63,995 bases of DNA, filler included, from Bonamia ostreae (GCA_040357525.1; 16 parts of 16 records of this genome joined end to end with filler, not necessarily neighbours in it); one strand, 5' to 3'; counted from the first letter of the whole stretch, positions 23,401 to 38,107 are shown. Notes: generated from the letters alone by a model not told the origin. Numbers and translations: made by a program.

Positions 23401-24354
23401 AATTTTTTAGCAAATTTTTTATTCTGAAAAATTGCTTGGATCGTAAAATTTAGCATTTTCGGGTTGTTTTCGTAATTTGCAATCGCTTTTTCAATCGGAT
23501 AAACTTTGAACAAATTGAACAGAAAATGAGAAAACAAATCGAATCGCAAAAATTTGGAATTCCAAAAAGAAGTTTTTGCAAAATTAAAATTGTGTTGTGA
23601 AAAGTAATCAAAAATATCTTCCAAAATTTGAGAAAATTCGGCTGTTTCATTCTGAATAAAAAATTTTATCCAAGAAAGGCTAAATTTTAACATTTTTTCG
23701 TTATATCGACTGTTTTTTAGAATTTGTTCTGTTTCTGAGCAGATTTTTAGTTTTGAAAAATCATTTTTTTCAAATCTTTATAAAAAAATTTTCAGTAAAA
23801 ATTTTCAACTTTAAAAAAATTTAGTTTAAAGTTGTTTTATTAAACAATAAAATTTTGCTTTTTAAAATTTGCAATTTTAAACTTGTCAATTTTCGTGAAC
23901 ACTCTTGTTGTTAAAGCAAAACAATAGACATAAAAAATGTCAAGTTCTTCAAAATTTAATTTAATTTGTGGCTTAGTTGCCACTAATTTGATTGTTTTTT
24001 CTGTAAGATTTTCCGTCAAATTAATTGTTTCAGCAACAAAAAACAACATTTCGAAACAAATTTTAATTTCTTTTCGAATGTGAAAGTTTAAATCTGGAGG
24101 TTGTTCTTTGTACAAATGTCGCTTTTTTGGAATAGTAAATTTTTGAATTGTCAAAAAATAGGAAAAAAATTTTAATAAAAATTCTGAAACTTCCAAAAAA
24201 GCTAAAATTGTTTCGGGAATTTTAGTTTCGATAATTTTGTTGCAGAACTTTTCGTTTTTCGATTTTCTTATTTTTTTGAGACCGCAACACAAAATTTTTA
24301 ATATTATTGAGCGATCTTTGAAAAATTTTTTTGTCGCTTTTTTGAGAAAATCAA
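20405..24354 (-). CDS. Large multi-exon hypothetical protein, internal fragment (possibly alpha-solenoid)
   Basis: Successive minus-strand ORFs rich in F/L/K/N separated by probable introns; no recognisable motif. Confidence 0.5.
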
Positions 24355-24659
24355 NNNNNNNNNNNNNNNNNNNNNNNNNNNNNNNNNNNNNNNNNNNNTT
24401 AATTAATTAANNNNNNNNNNNNNNNNNNNNNNNNNNNNNNNNNNNNNNNNNNNNTATTTAATCAGTTTAAAAATTAATATAAAACATAGAAATAGAATCT
24501 TTGTATTCGAAAACCTATTACCACACTAAAAAGATAATTAGCAGACTCCATTCAAAAAGTTTTTTTTGTTAACAAAAGTTGTCGAAATGGTGACAGAGAT
24601 TAAAAACAGCGAGGATATAACAAAACAAAGAAAAATAAAATTTTTCGAAAAAATAATTT

Positions 24660-26239
24660 CTGATAATGGTGAAACAGCCATTTGTTTATCAGGTTATTTT
24701 CCGTTAAAATCGATTTTTAAAGAAAAAATTTAAAGGCAAATTTAAAAAATTGTCAAAAAGGCGGTGCAAAATTATCCTTTTTCCATATTGGCTTAATTTT
24801 GGAACTCGTAAAAACGGACTTGCTTCCGAATATTATTTCTGGAACAAGCGGAGGTGAACCATTTTGCAAAATTGAAAAATTTTAAATTTATCATTTCAAA
24901 AATTCTTAAAAACGGGTTAAAAATTTCGACTAAAAGGTGCGATTTCCGCTGCATTTATATGCGTTCGAAGCAACAGCGAAATCGTTCAAATGAAAAACGA
25001 AACAAACATTTTAAAAGACATTTTCCAAACAAGTCTAGCTAGAGTCGCGCGAAAAAACGGCAGTTTGTTGGAAAAAGAAAATTTTACGAAACGAATTAAA
25101 GAATTGTGTCTCGGAAATACTACTTTCAAAGAGGCTTACAGGTCAAATTTGATCTCTGCAAAAAAAATTTATTGTTAACGACAACTAAATTTCAAAAATC
25201 AAGAAAAACGGGGAAAGTTCTTAATATACCGGCGACAAAATTAAATTCTAATAAGGATCCAGTAATGTTAAATTACAGAAATAGCCCTGACGTCTGCATA
25301 TGGTCAGCTGGTTGATATGCTAAAATATCAGCGATGCCTTAATTTTTCCAAACTAAAATTGAAATTTGCAAAAAAATTATTTTCCCAAAATTGGAAAAAT
25401 TGCAAATTTTTAAATTTGCCAAAAAATGAAAATATAAAAAAGACAATTTTCAAATTTAAAATTACGTAAAAATGGAAAAAATAAGTAATGGCCTCAACCG
25501 CGCTCCCAAAAGTACTTCCTCCTGGAGAGTTGTTCGTAAAAAGACAAAACGGCTCAATAGAGCCCTACAATTCGCTTGGGAAACTTTGGTTGGACGGATC
25601 GTTTCTTCTTTTCGATTAAATAAGCAAACTCATTTAAGATTTTATGCTAAAAACGCCCTTTTTTAAAAACCTAAAAAGATATCAATCAGATGTCCCGCTA
25701 AGGCAACTCAGAGAAAAATTTAACGTCACTTATACAATTGTAAGTCAAACCAATCCCCATGTGGCGCCATTCGCGCTACAAAACACTGGTTCCGGGTAAT
25801 CATTTTTAAAATTTAGCGGAGAACCGCCCGAGCATCGCAGTGGAAACGGGTTAAAAGGGGGTTTTGTGCTTTCAGCGCTGGAAATTTTTTTGAGGATCGA
25901 AATGCGGAAATGGATTATCGTTCTTCAGAAACTTGGAATAGTGCCTTTGTTGGGCGGATATGTCTCTTAAACTTAAATTTTTTTTTATTTTTCTAATCTG
26001 AACACAAAAAGGATCTTTCTCAAATTGTTGTACAAAAGTTTAGCGGCACTGTGACGATATATGCGAACCTGGGCATGTTTGATTACTTGAACATTCTTCT
26101 CACTGCGACAGAAAAAGAAGTACTGTCGTTAGTCGAAAGAGGGAAAAAAGCTTTTTGGCCGAAGAGGAAAATGATTTCAAACAGAGTGCTCCTCGAAAAA
26201 ACATTGAAGAAATTTTTGGCAGATTTAAGGGATGATTAA
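24660..26239 (+). CDS. Patatin-like triacylglycerol lipase (SDP1/TGL4 family), 5' partial
   Basis: 'GETAICLSGG', 'LLPNIISGTSGG', 'TFKEAY', 'LNYRNSPDVCIWSA', 'SDVPLRQLREKFNV..IVSQTNPHVAPF'. Confidence 0.88.
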
Positions 26240-26701
26240 TTTTCAAATCGACTTTACATTCATTTTTTACAAGATTTGTTGCAATTTTTTATTTTTGGCG
26301 CCATTTTCAAATTTTTTCGTTGAAGAGATCTTTTCAAATTTTATGCTTACGGTCAAAATATGTCATTTGTTTTAATTTTTGTCGTTTTTTTTGGACGAAG
26401 ATGCGAATAATAATCGGAACCGAAATTTTAATTCAAGAAAAAAGAATTTTTTAATTTAATTTTGCTCGAAATTTTCTGAATTTAATTTTTTAATTTAATT
26501 TTCTGAAATTTTCAAGAAAAAAGAATTTTAATTAAAATTTATTTTGCCAAAAGCTAACAAAAGATTTAACGTCTATAAACAAAATTTTATCAAAAAAAGC
26601 AAACGATTTTATAAAAAAAGATCAATAGTCAATTTAATAAGTGCTATGTTTAAGAAAATAAATTTTATATCTTCCAAAAGTTTCTTGGTGCACAATTTCA
26701 T

Positions 26702-28223
26702 TTAACGGGGGGACTTTCCCGTCAGTTGTCAAATTCACTATGTAAGGAGAGTGCCCTTTTTAATCAAATTTGTAAAAAATCAATACGATAATCAACAAAA
26801 AGGAAAATTGTCATCGTTAAAAATTTTTAAATCGTCAATAAAACAAATTTCAAAATTGGTCAGATTATCCTCTTTGAGACGATATACAGAAGGCCCAGTT
26901 TTATCGTAAAAGTAAACTGAAGACCCAGACATCACAGTCAACATTTTCCAACCATTCAGATTCATCGGATATGTTTCACTTAAAAAATCTTGGTCGAAAA
27001 TATCTGCTGTGAAACCATGTTGCTCTATAAAATTTTTAACCGCATCTATTCTACGATCTATATCGTCTCCCATCATTCGCATCGATTCCAATGATGCAAG
27101 AGCGAATCCTATCTGGTCAGACTTTTTGGACGAAAAACATATCCAATGCACTTTTAAATTATTTTCTGTGTCTAGAAGCATATTTGCGGGAGGTATTTTT
27201 TTAACCAAGTATAAGCAATTTCTTTGGCTTTCCAAGAGAACCGTCAACAAACTTTTCAGAATATCAACTAAAATTTAATTTGGTCAATTGTTTTGAAAAA
27301 TTTTAGAAACGCTTTTGCTTGTCTTTCAAAGAATCATTTAGCATAACTTTTGGTCCTTTATATTCTTTGAACGACCAAACCACACTATTTCCACTCTTCT
27401 TCTCTTCATATTTATCGTACATGAAAGGACATTGTTCAACAAAAAGTTTGACTTTGTTAATAAATGCATAGTCATTTTTTTCGAATTCGATTTCCACATC
27501 TGATCGTCCTCTGTTCTCGTCGACAACACTCATTTGGTTCGCAACAATGCGGATCGGTAAATCGGAATATAAAAAATTTCTTTCGTGAATCAAATGGAAA
27601 ATATAGCTTTGATCAGATTCCATGCTGCTCACGTATTTTGGAGATCTCACCGCTGTAAAAAATATTTCTAAAAAATAGTCTCCTATTTCTATTTTTGACA
27701 ATTTTTAAATTTTTGTAAATAAAAAATATTTTGTGACAATTCAAATCGTGTTAATTTTTATTTGCCAATAAAAACTGACAACATTTGTAGAAACAGCAGG
27801 TCCGGCGAATCTGCTAATACGCGCGTCGTTTTCTAAATCAACGACAACCACTTCTTTTCCAAGTAGACAGGAAAAAAAATAGCCCTGCGTCATATGTCTT
27901 CTGAGAAACTCTTGATTGAAAATGGCTAAGTTGAGTTCTAAATGCGTATTACTGTCCAGAAAGGAGCAATAATCTGAAACAGTTTGTTCAATTTTCCATT
28001 TTGGATCTCTGAACTGTTCTAAAGTGCTTTTCAGAGCGCTTTTTTCGGTGGAAGCGGCATTCGGAGCATTAAAAGGAATGCATTTGAACACAGTTAAGAT
28101 AATGTTGCCGTTCTGGTCACATTTAATGTTTTGGATATCGATCCTTTGGCTAAAACGCAGTTTGTAGCTTCTCAACAAGAAAAAGGCAACAGTTAGTGCG
28201 CGGATACAGCGAACTTTTGCCAA
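26702..28223 (-). CDS. Orphan protein with degenerate ~150-aa internal repeats, 5' partial
   Basis: Three ORFs joinable by GT-AG introns (e.g. KQK/LDILKS); shared motifs IFNQEFL/IFDQDFL and NIKCDQNGNIIL/NMLLDTENNLKV. Confidence 0.55.
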
Positions 28224-28614
28224 AATTTTTGTTTTTTAACTTAATTTTGGTTAAGAAATCGTCATTTTGAAAACATGAAATTTTGTAAACAACTTTGGAA
28301 ACATTAAATTTTTGTCGACATTTTGAATTTTGGAAACATTTTTAAATTTTGTCGACATTTTAAATAAAGGAAACATTGCACGTAATCTTCAAAATTCGTA
28401 AAANNNNNNNNNNNNNNNNNNNNNNNNNNNNNNNNNNNNNNNNNNNNTTAATTAATTAANNNNNNNNNNNNNNNNNNNNNNNNNNNNNNNNNNNNNNNNN
28501 NNNTAACTTGCAATTTTTGGTGTTAAAATTTCAGACGTAAAAATTCTCGTTTTTTGGCGAAAATATTCTGCCATCTCATTTCCACAGAATTTTTATTTAA
28601 ATTTAATTTTATTT

Positions 28615-29285
28615 TTATTTAAATTTAATTTTATTCTGCGACAAAATATCGGCAAAGTCTCTGTAGCTCTGCTCAAAGTTTTTGCTGTTGATCACATGAT
28701 CGAAAAGATTAATTTCTGCCGTCGATTCGAAGATCGCAAGTTCTTTCTTAGCCGTTTCTATCCTGGTCATTATCGACTTCTCGTCATCTTCGCCCCTGGG
28801 AATAATTGATCGCCAAAAACCTATTGCGGATCCGCCGCTCCAACTCCTTCAAATCTGTTGTTATAAAAATAAATGTCAAGTCTTTCCCCAAAAAGTGTTT
28901 TTTTATGCTGAGCGCCCCGTTTATGTCTATTTCCAAAATCAAGTTTTCTTTCGGGTGGTTGTGCAAACAGGACAGACTCGTTCCGTAATAGTTGCCGTGT
29001 ATCTTTTTTATCGCCATTAAATTCCATTTTAAGATTATATTTCATTTTTTAAACTTCTTCCCATTCGAAAAACTGCTTTTGCCTGACCATATTCAAAAAG
29101 TTGTCTTTGTCCACGAAAAAATAATCAACGCCGTTTTCCTCGCCCTTGCAATTTTTGGAACAAACTTTTCTCATTTTCCGCGTAGTGTGGCTGACAGAAA
29201 GCGAAAAGTTTTTGCTTCGGGCGAGGAAGTTTTTGATCAGTGTACCCTTCCCAACACCAGACGGGCCGCAGATGACATATTTCAT
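28615..29285 (-). CDS. GUK1: Guanylate kinase
   Basis: 'VICGPSGVGKGTL', 'SVSHTTR', 'GEENGVDYFFV', 'HGNYYGT', 'ILEIDINGA'; 3 introns. Confidence 0.95.
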
Positions 29286-29553
29286 TTTTATGGCAAATTT
29301 TAAAATTGCTTTAGAGCGCTGAATATATTAAAATTCAGGGACGCTTTAAGCTATCCTTTTATGATCATTAAAATTAGATTGCTCATCTTAACCTCTGTTC
29401 TTAGCCGAGCTTACTTTTAATTTTTAATTTGTTGGAAAATGGTGGCCAATTTTTAATTTTTTAGCCAATTTTTAATCACACGTAGTTTTTAAGTCAGACT
29501 GGAAAGTCTTTATATTGAATCTGTCAATGGAAAATCTTAACGTCTTTAATATT

Positions 29554-32281
29554 TCAATTAATCTCGAGAATTTCAAAAGTGTTGGATTTTAAAGAGACCA
29601 TTTTATTGTCTTCGGTAAAAATTTTTTCTGTGGCCGTCTCCGAGAAAAACCAAATCCGCTTCCAGTGCATGTACCACACAGAGGCACCGATACTCAAAAC
29701 AACGACGAGAAATGGTACACCGATCACTAACACGTAGTACATAGCACTTTTCACGCATTGCGGGGGCACCAAAAAGCCTTCGTGCAAACAAAATGTTTCT
29801 CCTCCTCTCTCGTTCGAATGCGAAACGTACAAAACATCGCAACGGTACATGCAGGGACCATTCATGATGCAGCCGCTGACGATTTCCCCGTCATCGATGC
29901 TGTGTAAGTTGCATCTATGGGTTATTCTGAACACAAAAATCATGTCTGGAACTCTGTTGAGATCTCTGAGCTGCGCTCCAGTTAAAGATGCGCCCTGTTG
30001 TCCGCATTGCAATCTTTGGCTGTAACTAAACCGGTTTTCAATCTCGATAAAGTACCCAGCAATCGCTTGGACTGTGCAATCTGCGAAAAACCTTTCGTCG
30101 CCGTCTTCAGAGCATTTTGAATAATTGAGCGCATCTTGAGACGTCTGCTTTGGCTTAAGGCAGCCTGGAATTTGCAAAATAAACTTTCTTGGACGTCGAC
30201 AGAGTAATTGTCAGGATCGTAATTCTCGTCACAATCCAACATGACACTGTCAACCACTTTATCTCTAAATAAAAATCGATAGTGGTCTTTTGGGACCACT
30301 TTGCAGGCTTGCGCGAAACCATTATCGAGAACACGGCATTCGTCTGCAATTAGGGCGCCAACGTGGCTTGCGAAGGAGGGAAAGACGCACCCTAATTTTA
30401 CTGGAAAAAACAAGGCAGTATCGAAATATTTTCATCAGTGGGAACGCCTGTTCTGGGACAAGTTATTTTGAGCATTTTGGACAATTTGTTGTTTTTTGTA
30501 ATGACATAGTTTTTCGATGTCCTTGTGGAGCACTCTCCGTAATACCAATTGTCGAAGAAATTGCAATCTACATATTCCAAAATACCGGGAAGGTTTACGC
30601 TGGGACGAAGACATCCCTTCCATACTGTACCCGCGTTGGGTGGTATTGGTCTGCCCTCTTCAGTGCATTCGGAAGGGAAAAATGGTATGTAGTCTCTTTC
30701 TCCGACTTTGCTCATGAAGCCAGGCATGTCTATGAACATACATTTCATGAAGAAATAATCGGAGTCTGTGATGCAGTCGTCTGAGATTTGTAATGCATTC
30801 TGTGTGAAAATTGGAGTTGTGTACTCTCGACAACCTTTGACAGGGTATATGTCTCCACTGTTGTCATTACCATCATTACACGCGTATTTAAATGAGTTCG
30901 CGAGCTCTGAACTTCCTTTAGATTTTCTGAATTTGATGTTCTGAGCACACATGTCACAATGGCCGAATATATACGGCTCTAAATCTGTGCAGCCGTCTCC
31001 AAGCTCCATTGAATTTTTGGCAACAAAATCGTCATTACACCCTACTGTCAAGTTAAACTTTTGCGTCAAATTGCCATCCTGAGAGCAAATCCAAGTGGTT
31101 TGACCCACAAGTGTATTTTGGTTGACGAATCGAGCCGGAAGGTTTACTTTAAATACACAACTTCCGAAGAAATAAGAATTTAAATAAATGGAGCAGACGT
31201 CTGTGGGAATCATTAGCATCTGGTAGTCACAATGAGAGTAAATACTGTCGCAAAGTTTATCCCTGTTGTTTCTATCCAGATATAAAAAATCTGAAAAGAC
31301 CTTCGAATAAAAGAATCGCTTTCCAGGCACCAACCAAACTTTACAGTGCTTCAAGAAATAATTCCCGTCTTTCTCGCAACCACTGTCGGGTCTAAAAGGG
31401 TTCGATGGACATTCCGGTAGAGACAGGACTAAAAGTTAAAAGAAAACATTCAACGCGTGCATATTCCGTGTTATCGTAAGTTTTAGTGCATGTGAGTGTA
31501 TCAACATAAGTCAAAGAGTGTAAAAATTTGACTAACATTTTCTGCGTCTTCACTGTCTTGCAAATGCCTTTAAAGCGCAATCCATTTAAAACTTTTACAC
31601 ATGGTTGTGTAAAATCGAATTCTTTTTGATTGCTATTTGGAGGGTACGGGCATCCGAACATAGATTTCCATCCATCGACGCCGTTCAAAGTTGTACCTTG
31701 ACAATCGGTTTCAAGAGAATTCTGCAATAAATTTCCTCTTACAAAATTGTAGTTGTTGATGTTAAAGATTTTGCATTGATCGCAGACGTAGTTTTTATCT
31801 TTGTTGGCTACACAGTCTGCGTTTAGATCGTACGCCTCTTTTATGAAAGGTATCAGACAAGCTAAAGTTATTTTGAAAAAACCGGATGTAAAAGCTGATC
31901 CAGATGTGTAATCTTGGTTATTGTCGCATTTTGGGCATTTATTCAAAACATTTCCGTCTTTATAAAAAACGTTTGGATGTGATAATTTGCAGCCTTGAAT
32001 AAACCACTTTTGATCGACTAGTTCACAATCGACCGTATTCATTTGGGTTTGGCACACTTTAATTAAATTTTGAAACGTGAATAAGGATTTGATGCGTCAT
32101 TTATGGCCAAACCGCGGAAATCAAAATTTTGAAGTTCTTCGAAACACACTTCGGGGACTTGTTCAGATATGTTGGACGAAAAGTAGCGAGATTCTGTCAT
32201 GAAAAATTTTCCGTCAGCAGGACACGGGTTGTTTGCGACCTGTTTTGAAAACAGAAGAACGTAAAATAATGTAAACACCAT
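29554..32281 (-). CDS. ~880-aa Cys-rich type I membrane (surface) protein
   Basis: Signal peptide MVFTLFYVLLFSKQVAN, many Cys, C-terminal TM 'YVLVIGVPFLVVVLSIGASVWY'. Introns 32057-32076, 31429-31447, 30392-30411 and 30165-30184 join five ORFs. Confidence 0.8.
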
Positions 32282-32546
32282 ATAAAAAAGTATGAATTTA
32301 TTTTTATGTTACAATAGTTAATAACAACAAACCCGTTTCGTATTTTATAAAATTGGTCTATTAAAAATTTAAAGTATACGTTAAAAAACGCTTTTATGTG
32401 TATATATTAAAAAGCAGGTTTGCGTCCATTGTAAAGTTTTTGCAAANNNNNNNNNNNNNNNNNNNNNNNNNNNNNNNNNNNNNNNNNNNNTTAATTAATT
32501 AANNNNNNNNNNNNNNNNNNNNNNNNNNNNNNNNNNNNNNNNNNNN

Positions 32547-32989
32547 CCGGAATAGTTATAAAATGTATCGGCTACAAATCAGTTCCGGTTCCGGGCGTCT
32601 CTTTTGACGAACAGAAAAATATTGTTCCCAATATAAACGGAAAAGTTGCAAACTCTAAAGTTTTCTCGTTTTACTATTTTTAGAAACTCTACGTTTCCGG
32701 GTGGCTGAAAAACGGCCCCAGAGGTGCCATCGCAGACAGTTTGTTTGATGCAGAGCAAACTGTTACAACTATTGAGTGGGATTACATAAACTCGAACGAT
32801 ACTGCGAATCAGAAAAATTCACTGGAAAAACTGACGAAAAGTTTGTTGGAGAAAAATGTGAAATTTATCGACAAAAATGGTTGGAAAAGAGTGAATGAAG
32901 AAGAAATAAAAAGAGGTAAATTGCGAGGCGTCGAAAGAGAGAAAATAATCAATTTAAGTGAAATTTTAAAAATTGCGAAAGTTAATTAA
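32547..32989 (+). CDS. FDXR: NADPH:adrenodoxin oxidoreductase, C-terminal part
   Basis: 'VIKCIGYKSVPVPGVSFD', 'LYVSGWLKNGPRGAI', 'GWKRVNEEEIKRG..REKI'. Confidence 0.9.
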
Positions 32990-33125
32990 ATCGGATTTTT
33001 TATTTTTGCGAGATCAAAACCGTTTTTAATTTTTAGGCTTTGTCGAATTTAATTTCGGCTTTTATTATAAAAACCTTTTTAGCAATTTTCATAAATTGGT
33101 GAAAAGAAATCATTTGCGAATTTTG

Positions 33126-34788
33126 ATGAGAATTTTTAGAGCGTTTTGTTGGTTCATTTTGGCTTGTGTCCTTATAAATTCCGAAGATCCTGACAAAACT
33201 CATTCAGCCAAATCGAATTCTCAAAGACCAGTTAGCCAAACTGACGAGATAGAACAAACAAATCAAATTGAACAGAATGAAAAAACTTCAAACAAAGCTT
33301 TTGAACAAAAACGCACTAACTTTGCTTCTAGAGATGCTGGTGCAGCCATTCTAGGATCTTCTTTAAAGGCTAATGGCGCACATACAATTTTGGATCATAA
33401 CGACGACAAATATTTGAGAATGCCGTCTGAAGTCAAAAACTGGTTAGTTTTGCAACTGAGTGAAGATATTATGGTTGAGCAGATTGAGCTGAAAAACTTG
33501 GAACATTATTCTTCCGGTGTTAAGACTTTTTCAGTTTTTGGGTCGACAAAATGGCCAACCGAAAAATGGGATTATATTGGAAAGTTCACAAAAAAGTTCA
33601 TTGAGACATTATTGTAGCTTTCTCGGCAATTGTAACTAATTTTAATATATGTGAAAAGTATAATTACAAAGTGTTGTTATAATATTAAAAACTTTTTAAT
33701 TTAATGTTTGATTTAATAAAACATATTATTTTATTAATACAAATATTCTAATTGATAGAGATATAAGAGGAATACAAAAATTCACGTTCGAACATACAAA
33801 ATGGGCAAGATTTCTAAAAATAGAAATAGATTCTTGTTACCGAAAAGAGGTCTACTGCACTCTTACGCAAATCAAAGTTTTTGGCAACACGATAATGCAA
33901 AAATTTCACGAAGAAATGGAGCAGAGCGAAGAAGAAGTCAAAAAAGCCCAAAAAATAATCGAAAACGCTAAAAATGTCGATCCAGACAATATTTTAAATG
34001 ACAATTTCAAAGTTGGAAATGCAGTTTTGGCAAATATGAAAATGGTGATTTCGGCTGCAGAATGTTGTCAAAACTACCCAAAATCTACACTGAAATGCGC
34101 TACATCATTTTATTCGTTTTCTTTTCAACACTCATTTTTATTTTAAAAAAGACTTTTGAAGGAAAAAATGGATGTTTTTGTGTTGTCAAGAGATTACTGT
34201 TTTGACTTGAAAACGAAAAAACCTCAAATTTTGGACGGAAAAAATATAGAAGAAAAAATGAAAAAAGAAAACAAAAACGAAAAATCTGTAAAAACGGGAA
34301 ACGAAAATCAAAAATTAGACAAACAGAAAATTAAGAAAAAAGAAGAAAACAGCGAAAAAGATAAATCAACAAACAAAAAATCTACAGAAATAAAAATAGA
34401 AAAAGAAGAAAATAACGAAGAAAAAATTTCGGATTCAGACGAAACATCAAATAACAAAAAAGCCGTTAAAAATATTTCAAAGGAAATGAAAGTTTCTTCC
34501 GGCGATAACATTTTTAAGATCTTGATCGACAGAATTAAAAAAGTGGAAATCGATCATTCCGTAATAAGGAAATTAGTCCATGAGCAAAATCTAGAATTTG
34601 TAAAATATTCCGAAGAAACAGAAAAACGGATTGAAAACTCTTTGAATTCCATATACCATATTAATAAACGAATTGATGGATTGAGAAAAAGCAACGCAAA
34701 TTTTAGAGCTTTTTTCGGACTTTTGACTGTCATAAACTTTTTAATGAACGTTATGTTATTGGTCTATATTTACAAGCGCCGAATATGA
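33126..34788 (+). CDS. Mid-SUN domain protein (SUCO/Slp1-like)
   Basis: Signal peptide, 'RTNFASRDAGAAIL', 'DKYLRMP', 'LSEDIMVEQIELKNLEHYSS', 'YCTLTQIKVFG', 'DNIFKILIDRIKKVE', C-terminal TM. Confidence 0.88.
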
Positions 34789-35223
34789 CTAAATTTTTTT
34801 GCTTTTTTGTAAACTGGCCATTTTGTAGATATTTTAATTTCCGTTTATTTGTGGCTGGTCTCAGCGTTTGTCATAAACCTATTAATTCAAACTGAAATCC
34901 AGTTTTATTGCAAATAAATTTAACAAAATGACAAACGAATTAATTTCTTTATTGCTCTTTCTTTCATTTCTACGAGAAAAAAATAAATCAAGAAAAAAGA
35001 AATATAAATATAATCAAAAGGTTTCTGAGTATTTGAGTGGCAAGGAATAAACCAAAAATGGCATTTATGATAAAATTAAAAATCATTAACACGGAAAACC
35101 AAAATTAAAAAATTTCAACTAAAAGTTAAAACGAAGCGGTTACTGAAATCAATATAATCCATTTTTTCCGTCTGATTATATGTAGTAGTTTATAAAAAAC
35201 CCAACTCCGAAATTAAAAGCAAA

Positions 35224-36353
<1,130 letters not shown>

Positions 36354-36632
36354 ATATTTTTTTAAAAATTGTGATTTTTCATTTTTTTGTTCAATTTGCC
36401 ATTTCGAATAACAACTTAAAATAAAGCTTTAAAATTTTGAAATAAAGCTTAAAATAAATAACAACTTTCGATAAATTTGAATTTAATGCNNNNNNNNNNN
36501 NNNNNNNNNNNNNNNNNNNNNNNNNNNNNNNNNTTAATTAATTAANNNNNNNNNNNNNNNNNNNNNNNNNNNNNNNNNNNNNNNNNNNNTAAAACTATTG
36601 ACATAAAAACGTAATAATTTAAAAATAATTTA

Positions 36633-37518
36633 CTAAAATATTGCACATCCATTTTTATTTTTCTGTTTAACCTGTTTATCCCGAATCAATTCCATTTTCA
36701 TTTTTTTGTTTATTATGTCGTCGTTACTGCTAAATTCTGTCAATATTTTACCGTTCTTTCTGTTTTTAAGAATTAAAGCGTCGTAGTGGTTCGTCCCATT
36801 GTACACTTTAATTACCAAATTTGTAAAAAATTTTAATTATCAAAAAACAAATGAAAATTTTCGCACGAAAATTTTGATTTTCGCCAAACAAATATTCACA
36901 ACGCGTTTTATTATCAATGACCATTATTTCCGTTTTGTAAATTATTGAAATCACGCTCAATTCAACCGATCCTTTATTTAAAATTATTGTTACCTCCCCA
37001 AAAATCGCTATCAGCCACTTTTTCAGCATATTCGTAAGTGTTGCCAGAAATATATTTGCGCATTTTTTCAGAATTGTTTTGAATAAAATGGGCTGTTTCC
37101 AGTCTCAAATCTTTGTAATCTTTAAGTTGGAATTGTCGTTTCTTCTTTTCTCCAAAACCGTTTAAAATCGAACTGAATAAACACGAATTGTTTTTGGCCA
37201 TTTTGCTGTTCATTTTAAAATTATAAAACGCCAAAAATTTGCTAAAAACATTATTTTAACATCAAAATCGTTATAATAATCCATTATTTCATTTTTGCCA
37301 TTATTTTTATAAATTTTAACAACATTATCAAAAAATCCCAAATCGTCAATTTTGCTAAATTCAGAAGTGATATCTTTTAATTCGCCGCAATCGAATTTTA
37401 AATTATCTTCTTGAAATTGCATCGACACTAATACTTTAAAATCGGTGAAAAGCATATTTTCTTCCATTTTTAGCAAATGCTCTTTTTCCTCAAATTTACA
37501 TTTTACTTTTCTCGACAT
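36633..37518 (-). CDS. OTU1: OTU1/YOD1-like deubiquitinase (3' end uncertain)
   Basis: UBX-like N-terminus, 'NNSCLFSSI', 'FWGG..ELS', 'VYNGTNHYDAL'. Confidence 0.8.
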
Positions 37519-37693
37519 TTTTTATACAAAAATCAAAAAAATCAGTACTTTTTATTAAAACAAAATTTGAGTGTTTTTATAGTCGTTTTGATATAATTTT
37601 GGTTTAATTATTCTGTGATTTGATCAATTTGTTTTTAATGCTCAATTTAGCCAAAAATAGCGGTTTATTTTAAATTTGTACACAAATTTAAAA

Positions 37694-38011
37694 TCAATTT
37701 ATTTCAAGTAAAGGATTTGTTCTTCTCAAAATTTCAAAAATCTCATTGCTTCTTAAAACATGCGCGTAATCAAGCTCTTTTAAAATACAATTCCAATCTT
37801 CAAATTTCGCGCATTCGTTAATAAATCGGTCGCCTTTAAACCAGAAAGAACTCTCATAATATTTGTTATTAGAACAAATTTTTTTCAAAACATAAATTGC
37901 TAATTTGTTATTAAAATTTAGCTTTTCGGATTTTTTGTGTTTCAAAATGGCTTTTCGTAAGTTTAATATTTTTTTGGCTACTAATGTCTGATTTTTAGCT
38001 ACGAACGCCAT
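37694..38011 (-). CDS. Hypothetical protein (105 aa)
   Basis: ATG-initiated ORF filling the gap between the INO80 stop and the OTU1 start. Confidence 0.4.
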   Translation of the reverse strand: MAFVAKNQTLVAKKILNLRKAILKHKKSEKLNFNNKLAIYVLKKICSNNKYYESSFWFKGDRFINECAKFEDWNCILKELDYAHVLRSNEIFEILRRTNPLLEIN

Positions 38012-38107
38012 TAATTTTCGGTTAAATTTGGTTTAAAAAATTTGTATATAATAGCTAATTTTTATTTTTTAGAAAAGCTAAATATTAGTCGAAATTTGTA
38101 ATGTAAT

